From: Bacteroidales bacterium
GTDB taxonomy: Bacteria; Bacteroidota; Bacteroidia; Bacteroidales; ML635J-15
Assembly (NCBI GenBank): GCA_031284905.1
Contig: JAITXI010000120.1
Coordinates: 1-55,484 of the forward strand
Direction: 5' to 3'
DNA: 55,484 bases
Part shown: one piece after another, positions 9,297 to 16,690 of the stretch
Position numbering within the stretch: the stretch's first letter is position 1
How the letters are laid out: every line of letters begins with the position of its first letter
Position numbers and translations under genes: made by a program
The notes under the pieces: generated by a model
What the model was told of the DNA's origin: nothing
The model's input: only the letters and a program-made list of their open reading frames with translations
Databases searched by the model: none

Positions 9297-9304
9297 CAAA
9301 GTTA
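9297..9304 (-). promoter_or_regulatory. -7 promoter box (TAACTTTG)
   Basis: The minus strand reads TAACTTTG, 16 nt upstream of the ATG at 9281. Confidence 0.45.
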
Positions 9305-9453
9305 ATACTTTTTTTTCAATTTTTAATTTATTTCTAATCAAAAATATTATTAATCTTTTGCAAGTTATATAATTTATTGAATATCAAATTATAAAAGTTT
9401 AATAGTGTTTCTATATTATTTATTATCTAACACTTCGTAAGTTATCATTGTTT

Positions 9454-9626
9454 GAAGGACAAAATTTCCATAATCGCAGGTCAATGACCTACGGAGAGCG
9501 ATAAATTTGATTTTTACCTAAAAGGCAATATTTAAAAATTCCGCCTTTCGAGGCAGTAGTCATCTTTACTTGTTCATCGCAGGTCTCACTACGTTAGATC
9601 TACAATTATGGAAGTTTAATCCTTTC
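9454..9626. repeat. structured inverted-repeat element containing the aqpZ terminator
   Basis: Imperfect 21-bp terminal inverted repeats (GAAGGACAAAATTTCCATAAT / ATTATGGAAGTTTAATCCTTTC). Two direct ATCGCAGGTC repeats (9473-9482, 9576-9585), each beginning a local hairpin. Confidence 0.35.
9534..9556 (-). terminator. intrinsic terminator downstream of aqpZ
   Basis: The minus strand reads CTGCCT-CGAA-AGGCGG followed by AATTTTT. Confidence 0.4.
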
Positions 9627-9655
9627 TGGATTTGCGAAAGTTGAATTATTTATAT

Positions 9656-10330
9656 TTATTTCTTTACATCAATAACTTTCCAAATTCCTGCTGCAAGGAT
9701 AGCACCACAAAATGGAGCTAAAATAAACAACCAAATTTGTTTAATAGCCTCAAAATTTCCTTCGAGCATTTCAAAAACAGCCGGGCCAATACTTCTTGCC
9801 GGATTAACTGACGTACCTGTAATTGGAATACAAACAATATGTACTAAAATCAAAGTTAGACCAATAATTAATCCTGCAAAATTATTTTCAGCACCTTTTG
9901 AAGTCGTTCCTAAAACTACGAGAACAAAAACACATGTAAAAACAAATTCAGCCAAAAAAGCCATCATCATTTGACCTTCTCCGAAAGCATTTGCTCCTGT
10001 TAACGTTGCATTTGTAGTAAAATTTCTAGTTAATGCAAAAAGAATAAAAGAGCCTATTAAAGCTCCAATAACTTGGAAAATCATATACATCGCAGCATCT
10101 TTTCCTGATATTTTTTTTGCTACCAACATTCCCAAAGTTATTGCAGGATTAATATGACAACCGGAAATTTTTCCAATTGTATAAGCCATTGCTACAACAG
10201 AAAGCCCAAAGGCGACTGCGACCATTAACACTTGGGCAGGAGTTTCACAACCTTGATTAAAAATTGCACTTCCACATCCCATTAACACTAGAACCATAGT
10301 TCCAATCATTTCTGACAAATATTTTTTCAT
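9656..10330 (-). CDS. aqpZ: aquaporin Z / MIP-family water channel
   Basis: 224 aa with two NPA motifs (HINPAITLG and SVNPARSIGPA) and six hydrophobic segments. Confidence 0.93.
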   Translation of the reverse strand: MKKYLSEMIGTMVLVLMGCGSAIFNQGCETPAQVLMVAVAFGLSVVAMAYTIGKISGCHINPAITLGMLVAKKISGKDAAMYMIFQVIGALIGSFILFALTRNFTTNATLTGANAFGEGQMMMAFLAEFVFTCVFVLVVLGTTSKGAENNFAGLIIGLTLILVHIVCIPITGTSVNPARSIGPAVFEMLEGNFEAIKQIWLFILAPFCGAILAAGIWKVIDVKK

Positions 10331-10438
10331 AATTAAAAAATTTACTTTATTTAAATCTCAATACAGACACATTATATGTCTTTACATTTTTCCATTCACA
10401 CCCGCTCACTGTTAGCCCATTCTCCATTTGTTTTTCTC

Positions 10439-11374
10439 CTATTTTTTACCTATCCAAAACTTCAAAGAAACACCTACACTTATTTCTCCCAATCCAATAT
10501 AAGAATTTTTATTCAATTCTCGTAAATTTTCATTAAAATTAATTGTTCTAAGTTTTCCCGCTATATATGAAAACTTCAAACCCAAAGCCAATTGAGGTAT
10601 TATTTTCCAATCATAACCTAAATCTATGCTTAAACCAAAAGTTTGCCCTTTTATTACATTATCAAGATAATAATCAAAATTTTGGTCTGTTAAACGTAAC
10701 ATTGAAAATCCTAAATTTCCATACACATAACTTTTTTTGAAATTATATTTCCCTGAAACATAAAATTCTGCATTTATTAAAGAAATTCTATTGGAGATAT
10801 ATCCTATTCTCCGTTCTTCTTTAAAAACTGAACCTGTACGAACTGAAGCAATATATTCTAAGCTATCTTGTCGATTATATGACGAAAAATAATCAAAACG
10901 TAAACCTAATCCAACATATTTATTCGCATAATATGTTAAATCTCCACCAAAATAATAACCGGAACTTAATTTTTTTGAATAAGCAGCATTAACGTAATGT
11001 GGAATAATTTTATCAACACCTTTTAATAAGTTTTTTCTCCCAACAAAAAGACCAATTGACAAAAAATAATAATTATAATTTTCTTCAATTGCGGTAATCT
11101 TTTTTATTGAAATTCCGGCATCTTCTTTGATTTCTTTTCGTTTGTAATATGAATATTTATAAGACTTTACATCAGAAATACTTATCTTATAGTTTGTGGT
11201 ATCTTTTAATATTGTGTAATAATAATTTTTATTTGTAACTCTTAAAATATTACAATTTATAGAATCATTTTTTGTTGTTACAATTAAATCTTGAGAATAC
11301 AAAGCAAAATCACTTATTATAATTACAAGTAGAAATAGATGTTTTTTTACTAAGTTTTGAACTTTGCTGTTCAT
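10439..11374 (-). CDS. hypothetical outer-membrane beta-barrel protein
   Basis: 311 aa with a signal-like N-terminus. The C-terminal two thirds show alternating aromatic/hydrophilic beta-strand patterns (..GLRFDYFSS.., ..LGLKFSYIAG.., ..VGVSLKFWIGKK). Confidence 0.5.
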   Translation of the reverse strand: MNSKVQNLVKKHLFLLVIIISDFALYSQDLIVTTKNDSINCNILRVTNKNYYYTILKDTTNYKISISDVKSYKYSYYKRKEIKEDAGISIKKITAIEENYNYYFLSIGLFVGRKNLLKGVDKIIPHYVNAAYSKKLSSGYYFGGDLTYYANKYVGLGLRFDYFSSYNRQDSLEYIASVRTGSVFKEERRIGYISNRISLINAEFYVSGKYNFKKSYVYGNLGFSMLRLTDQNFDYYLDNVIKGQTFGLSIDLGYDWKIIPQLALGLKFSYIAGKLRTINFNENLRELNKNSYIGLGEISVGVSLKFWIGKK

Positions 11375-11659
11375 ATTTTCATATAATTTAATTACAAAGG
11401 TAATAAAAATTTTCCTACAAAAATAATATTTCAGTGATATTTGCTAAAATTATTGGTACTTTCCTCTATATTTTTTCAAATTTACTTCACAATTATTTTC
11501 GTGGGAGTTATAGATGAAAATATGTCGAAAAAACATTAAAGAATAATAATAAATAAAAAAATATAAATATTTTAAAATATTTTTCAAGTTTATTTGTCTT
11601 AATAAGTAGAGAGCAATCTCAAAAATAATAAAAACAGTATAATTTAAAAAATAATATAT

Positions 11660-12025
11660 ATGAAAAGGTTAAGATTTATTATGCCCATTGGCATATTGGT
11701 AGCAATCGCCGGATTTAGTGCAATTGTAATGTTGTTGTGGAATTGGCTTGTTCCCGCTATTTTTGGATTAGCAGTGATTAGCTTTTGGCAAGCTTTAGGA
11801 TTGTTGGTTCTTTCGCATATTTTGTTTGGAACAGCTTGGAAACCGGCAGCGAGAGGCATTCACAGACACGGCGGTTTTGAAAGAAATCCTATTCGTGAAA
11901 AATGGGAAAAAATGACACTCGAAGAACGTAAAGAGTTCATAAAAAAAAGACATTGTGAACATGGTTGGCATAGACATGATTTTGAAGATGACTTTTTGAA
12001 CAGCGAATCGCAAAAAGAAGAATAA
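11660..12025 (+). CDS. small membrane protein with His-rich cytoplasmic tail (possible ECF sigma partner)
   Basis: 121 aa with two hydrophobic helices, then HRHGGF...RHCEHGWHRHDFEDD. Its stop codon is 1 nt before the sigma-factor start. Confidence 0.55.
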   Translation: MKRLRFIMPIGILVAIAGFSAIVMLLWNWLVPAIFGLAVISFWQALGLLVLSHILFGTAWKPAARGIHRHGGFERNPIREKWEKMTLEERKEFIKKRHCEHGWHRHDFEDDFLNSESQKEE

Positions 12026-12026
12026 A

Positions 12027-12602
12027 GTGGCAAAAGAAGCAAAGAAAGAAAATATTGAAGAACTGATTGCAGAACATCAACCGCAGTTAAAATCATTCAT
12101 CCGTAAGCGAGTGAATAATAACGAAGACGCTGAAGATATTCTGCAAGACGTTTTTTATCAATTTACAAAAGCGATAAATATTGCGATAAATCCAATAGAA
12201 CACGTTTCGGCGTGGCTCTATCGTGTAGCTCATAACACAATTATTAACGCCGGAATTAAGAAAAAAGAGGTGAAAATTCCTGTCTATCAGAATGACGAAA
12301 ACGACAATGAAATAGAACGAGATTTTTCAGATATTTTATTCGCTAACAAAACATCTGAGTCTTCACCGGAAACAGAATATCTGCGTTCGTTGGTCTGGAC
12401 AGAATTGGAAACCGCTCTTTTAGAACTTCCGCCCGAACAACACGAAATCTATGAACTTACAGAATTAGACGGTATTCCTATAAAAGATATTTCTAAAACA
12501 ACGGGAGTTCCGCTTAATACATTGCTGTCACGAAAGCATTATGCAATTCTTCATCTTCGTAAACGTTTGGCTGAATTGTATGAAGATATTATTTATTCTT
12601 AA
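12027..12602 (+). CDS. ECF-type sigma-70 family RNA polymerase sigma factor
   Basis: 191 aa with a GTG start. Region 2-like: AEDILQDVFYQF...WLYRVAHNTIIN. Region 4 HTH-like: ELDGIPIKDISKTTGVPLNTLLSRKHYAILHLRKRL. Confidence 0.85.
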   Translation: MAKEAKKENIEELIAEHQPQLKSFIRKRVNNNEDAEDILQDVFYQFTKAINIAINPIEHVSAWLYRVAHNTIINAGIKKKEVKIPVYQNDENDNEIERDFSDILFANKTSESSPETEYLRSLVWTELETALLELPPEQHEIYELTELDGIPIKDISKTTGVPLNTLLSRKHYAILHLRKRLAELYEDIIYS

Positions 12603-12700
12603 ATAATCTTTTTCTAAACATTTTACACTTTATCTCTTTCTGAAAAAAACATCAAATCTGCTGTAATTAAGCATATTGGAAAGATAAATCCTATTTTGTT

Positions 12701-13384
12701 TTATTTTTTTCTCATATCTCCCATAATAGTTTTAGCCATTTTATAACCTTTTTCTATCGGTTTACCTAACACCAATCTATAGCAATCTTCCGGTCGTGTA
12801 GCATAATCTTCTGTTTGCTGTAAAAAATTATCTACCGTTTTTCTCCATTCAATATAGGCACTATCTTTCTTTTCAATTAATACATCAATTAATACTGTTC
12901 CACAATAATCTAACATTTCTTCTTCAAATTTATTATGAATTGTTGTAAAAAACATTGAATATGTATTATTTATTTTCATTGTATCTTGTAATTCAAGTAG
13001 TTCTTTTCGTATTTTTCGTGCAAAAATTTCTGCTACATCAAACATTAATCGGTCAACTAACAAACTCAAAGAATCTTCAGAAAGAATACAAGAACAATTC
13101 TTACAAAAAACAGGAGCTAAATATAATTTATCAGAATTTTTACCCCATTTTTTGGGTATATCAACTATAGCTCTAAATCCGATACTTGCAACCGTATTTG
13201 TTCCATATTTTTCTTTATATTTCAAACATTTTTCATCGTTTTGTGATTGATAATCAGAAAAATTAATTTTGGTGCAATGTTGCCAATAAATATCTCTTTT
13301 GTTTTCTGTCGGATATTCTGTTTGCGACTTTAATTTTATCGAAATTACGCATAAAATTAAAACTAAAAAAAATCTACAACTCAT
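12701..13384 (-). CDS. secreted hypothetical protein
   Basis: 227 aa with signal-like MSCRFFLVLILCVISIKLKSQ. No family recognised. Confidence 0.5.
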   Translation of the reverse strand: MSCRFFLVLILCVISIKLKSQTEYPTENKRDIYWQHCTKINFSDYQSQNDEKCLKYKEKYGTNTVASIGFRAIVDIPKKWGKNSDKLYLAPVFCKNCSCILSEDSLSLLVDRLMFDVAEIFARKIRKELLELQDTMKINNTYSMFFTTIHNKFEEEMLDYCGTVLIDVLIEKKDSAYIEWRKTVDNFLQQTEDYATRPEDCYRLVLGKPIEKGYKMAKTIMGDMRKK

Positions 13385-13386
13385 AC

Positions 13387-13796
13387 TTATTTTTTCGACA
13401 TTATTTTTTTATAGCTTATGTTTTTATTGACAGACCGTTGATATTTTCCATAAAATACTTCAATAACTTTTTCAGGTAAAATTTTTTCTAAATTTCTTAA
13501 TAGAACTATATCGTATTTTCTATGAAAATTTATCCAACATTTATTGCAATTTTTTGCATATTCTTTTTGCTTTTGCACGTTTTGTCGTCCGTTAAATATT
13601 TCATCTAAACTGTTTTCAAAAATATTTCCAAGACTGATGTCTAAATTTTGACAAATAGGGACATTTCCATCAGGATATGAATGACAAGCGAATCCAAAAT
13701 ACTATAACAATTTAATTTTAAATTTCCGCATTTCCATTCTTCATAAAGACATAAAAAATCGTAATTTTCTGATGTATGTTTCACATTATCAGGAAC
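13387..13796 (-). pseudogene. radical SAM/SPASM-domain protein remnant (C-terminal part only, frameshifted)
   Basis: Minus-strand translation gives ..EEWKCGNLKLNCYSIL.., then in another frame (Y)FGFACHSYPDGNVPICQNLDISLGNIFENSLDEIFNGRQNVQKQKEYAKNCNKCWINF.. . This matches the SPASM-type pattern (dG.v.pC...lGNi.e.sl.eI...C..C). No CxxxCxxC core is present, because tRNA-Pro lies immediately upstream. Confidence 0.55.
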
Positions 13797-13823
13797 TTGA
13801 GTTCTGAAATCACTTTTTTATTG

Positions 13824-13896
13824 TCGGGGTGACCAGACTCGAACTGACGGCCTCTACGTCCCGAACGTAGCGCGCTACCAACTGCGCCACACCCCG
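13824..13896 (-). tRNA. tRNA-Pro (anticodon CGG)
   Basis: Reverse complement: CGGGGTG TG GCGC AGTTGGTA GCGC G CTACG TTCGGGA CGTAG AGGCC GTCAG TTCGAGT CTGGT CACCCCG A. This folds as a cloverleaf with anticodon loop TT-CGG-GA and G37. CCA is not encoded. Confidence 0.9.
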
Positions 13897-13906
13897 AAAA
13901 TTTTTA

Positions 13907-13914
13907 CAAAGATA
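13907..13914 (-). promoter_or_regulatory. -7 promoter box (TATCTTTG) for tRNA-Pro(CGG)
   Basis: The minus strand reads TATCTTTG, about 11 nt upstream of the tRNA 5' end. Confidence 0.4.
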
Positions 13915-13950
13915 AATAAAATTTTTATATGTTTAATAAAAAATTTATCT

Positions 13951-13980
13951 AAAAAAGTGGTAATAAATCAACATTACCAC
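13951..13980 (-). terminator. intrinsic terminator after tRNA-Pro(GGG)
   Basis: The minus strand reads GTGGTAAT-gttgattt-ATTACCAC (8-bp stem) followed by TTTTTT. Confidence 0.6.
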
Positions 13981-13987
13981 AAATCAG

Positions 13988-14062
13988 TCGGGGTGAGACG
14001 ATTTGAACGTCCGACCTCACGCCCCCCAGACGCGTACTCTAAACCAACTGAGCTACACCCCG
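13988..14062 (-). tRNA. tRNA-Pro (anticodon GGG)
   Basis: Reverse complement: CGGGGTG TA GCTC AGTTGGTTTA GAGT A CGCGT CTGGGGG GCGTG AGGTC GGACG TTCAAAT CGTCT CACCCCG A. Anticodon loop is CT-GGG-GG with G37. Confidence 0.88.
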
Positions 14063-14073
14063 ATTTATTTCTG

Positions 14074-14081
14074 CAAAGTTA
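14074..14081 (-). promoter_or_regulatory. -7 promoter box (TAACTTTG) for tRNA-Pro(GGG)
   Basis: The minus strand reads TAACTTTG, about 12 nt upstream of the tRNA 5' end. Confidence 0.4.
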
Positions 14082-14164
14082 ATAGTTTTTTATAAATTTT
14101 TAAAATTTATTCTGTAGATAAAAACAAATTCAAAAAATCATTTGTAAGAAATCAAAATTTCACG

Positions 14165-14172
14165 TAAATTTG
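14165..14172 (+). promoter_or_regulatory. -7 promoter box (TAAATTTG) for the aminotransferase gene
   Basis: TAnnTTTG match 35 nt upstream of the ATG at 14207. Confidence 0.4.
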
Positions 14173-14206
14173 TACAAAATAAATCACTGCCAAATTTTAA
14201 GTAAAA

Positions 14207-15406
14207 ATGGAAAAGGTATCGTTTAGAATAAGAAAAATGCAAGAATCTGCGACATTAAAAATGACACAAATTTCAAGAGAATTAAAAAATAAAGGAATTG
14301 ATATTATAAGTTTGAGTATCGGTGAACCGGATTTTAATACCCCAGATTTTGTAAAAGAAGCTGCTATTGAAGCTATAAATAATAATATTACAAAATACCC
14401 TCCAGTAGCAGGTTATGAATCATTACAAATTGCTATCTGTAAAAAATTAAAAGAAGAAAATAATTTATCTTTTGACCCAAAACAAATTGTCGTATCAACA
14501 GGTGCTAAACATTCTCTAATGAATGTAATTTTATCAATTGTTGATAGAGGAGATGAAGTAATAATTCCTGCACCATATTGGGTAAGTTATTCGGAAATGG
14601 TTGAGTTTGCAGAAGGAACACCTGTTTTTGTAAATTGTAGTAGCGAACAAAATTTTAAAATCACACCACAACAACTCAAAGAAGCTATAACTCCTTACAC
14701 ACGTGCTTTCCTTCTTAATTCACCATCAAATCCGACCGGAATGCTTTATACAAAAAACGAATTAAAAGCATTAACGGATATTTTGGAAAATTATCCAAAT
14801 ATCACAATTATTTCAGATGAAATTTACGAATATATCAATTTTATAGGAAAACATGAAAGTATTGCTCAATTTGAAAATATTAAAGATAGAGTTGTTGTAA
14901 TTAATGGAGTATCAAAAGGTTATGCAATGACAGGTTGGAGAATAGGTTATATGGCAGGTCCTCTGTACATTGCAAAAGCAGTTACAAAGCTTCAAGGACA
15001 ATTTACTTCCGGCGCATGCTCTATTGCACAAAAAACAGCCGAAGCAGCTTTATTAGGTAGTGAAAATGAAAAAAAGATTATATCTAAAATGACTAATACT
15101 TTTAAAAATCGCAGAGATTTGGTTTACAGTCTTTTAGACATTCCAGGTCTTAACACCAAACGTCCTGACGGTGCTTTCTATTTTTTTCCTGATATTTCTA
15201 ATTTTTTAGGAAAATCTTATCATGGAACAATTATCAATAATTCGGATGAATTGGCAATGTCGTTGTTGTTAAACGAACATGTTGCAACTGTCGGAGGAGA
15301 TGCTTTTGGTGCACCAAATTGTTTAAGATTATCCTATGCTACTGATGAACAATCATTAAAAACAGCACTTAAACGAATGAGAAAATATTTCAGTGAAATA
15401 ATATAA
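14207..15406 (+). CDS. PLP-dependent aspartate aminotransferase (class I)
   Basis: 399 aa with typical blocks: LSIGEPDFNTP, PAPYWVSY, NSPSNPTG, SKGYAMTGWRIGY (PLP-lysine region) and LRLSYA. Confidence 0.9.
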   Translation: MEKVSFRIRKMQESATLKMTQISRELKNKGIDIISLSIGEPDFNTPDFVKEAAIEAINNNITKYPPVAGYESLQIAICKKLKEENNLSFDPKQIVVSTGAKHSLMNVILSIVDRGDEVIIPAPYWVSYSEMVEFAEGTPVFVNCSSEQNFKITPQQLKEAITPYTRAFLLNSPSNPTGMLYTKNELKALTDILENYPNITIISDEIYEYINFIGKHESIAQFENIKDRVVVINGVSKGYAMTGWRIGYMAGPLYIAKAVTKLQGQFTSGACSIAQKTAEAALLGSENEKKIISKMTNTFKNRRDLVYSLLDIPGLNTKRPDGAFYFFPDISNFLGKSYHGTIINNSDELAMSLLLNEHVATVGGDAFGAPNCLRLSYATDEQSLKTALKRMRKYFSEII

Positions 15407-15416
15407 TAAATCACAA

Positions 15417-16506
15417 ATGATAACTGTTGAAAAATTAAAAGATTTAAAAAAGCGTGTAGAAGCTTTGAGGAGGTTTCTTTGACATTGATAATAAAATTCA
15501 ATTTATAGATTCGGAAAATGAAAAAACGAAAAAAACTGGTTTTTGGAATAATCCTGAAGAGGCAGAAAAAATTCTTAAAAAAATCAGTTTTGAAAATAAA
15601 TGGATAAATGAATATAATTTCGTTAATTCAAAATATGAAGAATTAGAAATCGTTTTTGAATTTTATAAAAATGAAGAGATTACAGAATCGGAAGTTGATA
15701 AAGAATATCAATTAACTTTGATTGCTATTGAGAAACTCGAACTCAAAAATATGCTTGGTAAAGAAGAAGATATTTTAGATACTGTTTTAACAATAAATGC
15801 AGGTGCTGGCGGAACAGAAAGTTGTGATTGGGCTTCAATGATTAGTAGAATGTATATACGTTGGGCTGAAGAAAATGGATATAAAATTCAAATTATTGAT
15901 TCTCAAGAAGGTGATACTGTTGGTTTTAAATCTATTACAATGAGTTTTTCCGGAGATTTTGCTTATGGATATCTAAAAGGTGAAAATGGAGTTCATAGAC
16001 TTGTGCGACTTTCTCCATTCGATGCTGCTCATAAAAGACATACTTCATTTGCCTCTGTTTTTGTTTACCCGTTGATTGATGATTCTATAAACATTGAAAT
16101 AAACCCTAACGACCTAGAATGGGATACGTATCGTAGCAGTGGTGCCGGAGGTCAAAATGTTAATAAAGTTGAAACGGCAGTTCGTCTAAAACATATTCCA
16201 ACAGGGATAATAATCGAAAATAGCGAAACTCGTTCTCAATTAAAAAATAAGGAAAATGCTATTAAATTATTAAAATCACAACTCTACGAATTAGAATTAA
16301 GGAAAAAACAAGAAGAAAAAGATAAAATCGAAGGACAGAAACGTAAAATTGAATGGGGTTCTCAGATTAGAAATTATGTTCTTCACCCATATAAATTGGT
16401 GAAAGATTTACGAACAAATATAGAAACAGGAAACGCCCAAGCAGTATTAGACGGTAATATAAATGATTTTATAAAAGCATATTTAATGGAATTTGGAAAT
16501 AATTAA
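15417..16506 (+). CDS. prfB: peptide chain release factor 2, requires programmed +1 frameshift (join 15417..15479, 15481..16506)
   Basis: Frame 0 reads [21 protein letters not shown] then TGA. After skipping T15480 the reading continues DIDNKIQF... into the ORF-track 262-aa frame, which contains SPF (RLSPFD) and GGQ ([10 protein letters not shown]). Confidence 0.93.
15467..15483 (+). promoter_or_regulatory. prfB +1 frameshift site (SD-like GAGGAGG, 3-nt spacer, CTT TGA C)
   Basis: The sequence GAGGAGGTTTCTTTGAC has the same architecture as the canonical AGGGGG-TAT-CTT-TGA-C site. Confidence 0.9.
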
Positions 16507-16668
16507 AAATAATTCAATACGACATCTTGATTTTTAACAAAGGATAGTTGTTTTGTTTGTATTTAATTATTTTTAATTTACAATGAGTTGTAAGTGCGTT
16601 AAGTGAATTTTTTTAGAAATCTAATATTATTTCTTAATGTAAAATTGAAATATTATAAAAAAAAATAT

Positions 16669-16676
16669 TACTTTTG
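16669..16676 (+). promoter_or_regulatory. -7 promoter box (TACTTTTG) within the shared 16-mer AAAAATATTACTTTTG
   Basis: Lies 15 nt upstream of the GTG at 16691. The same 16-mer recurs at 23591-23606 and 50363-50378. Confidence 0.5.
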
Positions 16677-16690
16677 CAAAAAATTATAGA

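Noticed and set aside
8808-9341. Longer 177-aa version of the small lipoprotein, and likewise the 671-aa version of ligA (to 22796).
   Set aside because: In both cases a TAACTTTG -7 promoter box lies inside the N-terminal extension. The internal Met also gives a canonical N-terminus (a lipoprotein signal, or the LigA start).
11644-12096. Three 71-78 aa minus-strand ORFs overlapping the membrane-protein/sigma-factor pair. Similar antisense ORFs lie inside dusB (53534-54010), galE (53072-53284), tamB, ligA and others.
   Set aside because: They are antisense to well-supported CDSs and have no independent evidence.
15718-16506. RF2 fragment as an independent 262-aa ORF with a TTG start.
   Set aside because: It is replaced by the frameshifted full-length prfB (15417..15479 + 15481..16506). 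The upstream +1 frame is open and RF2-like all the way back to the CTT TGA C site.
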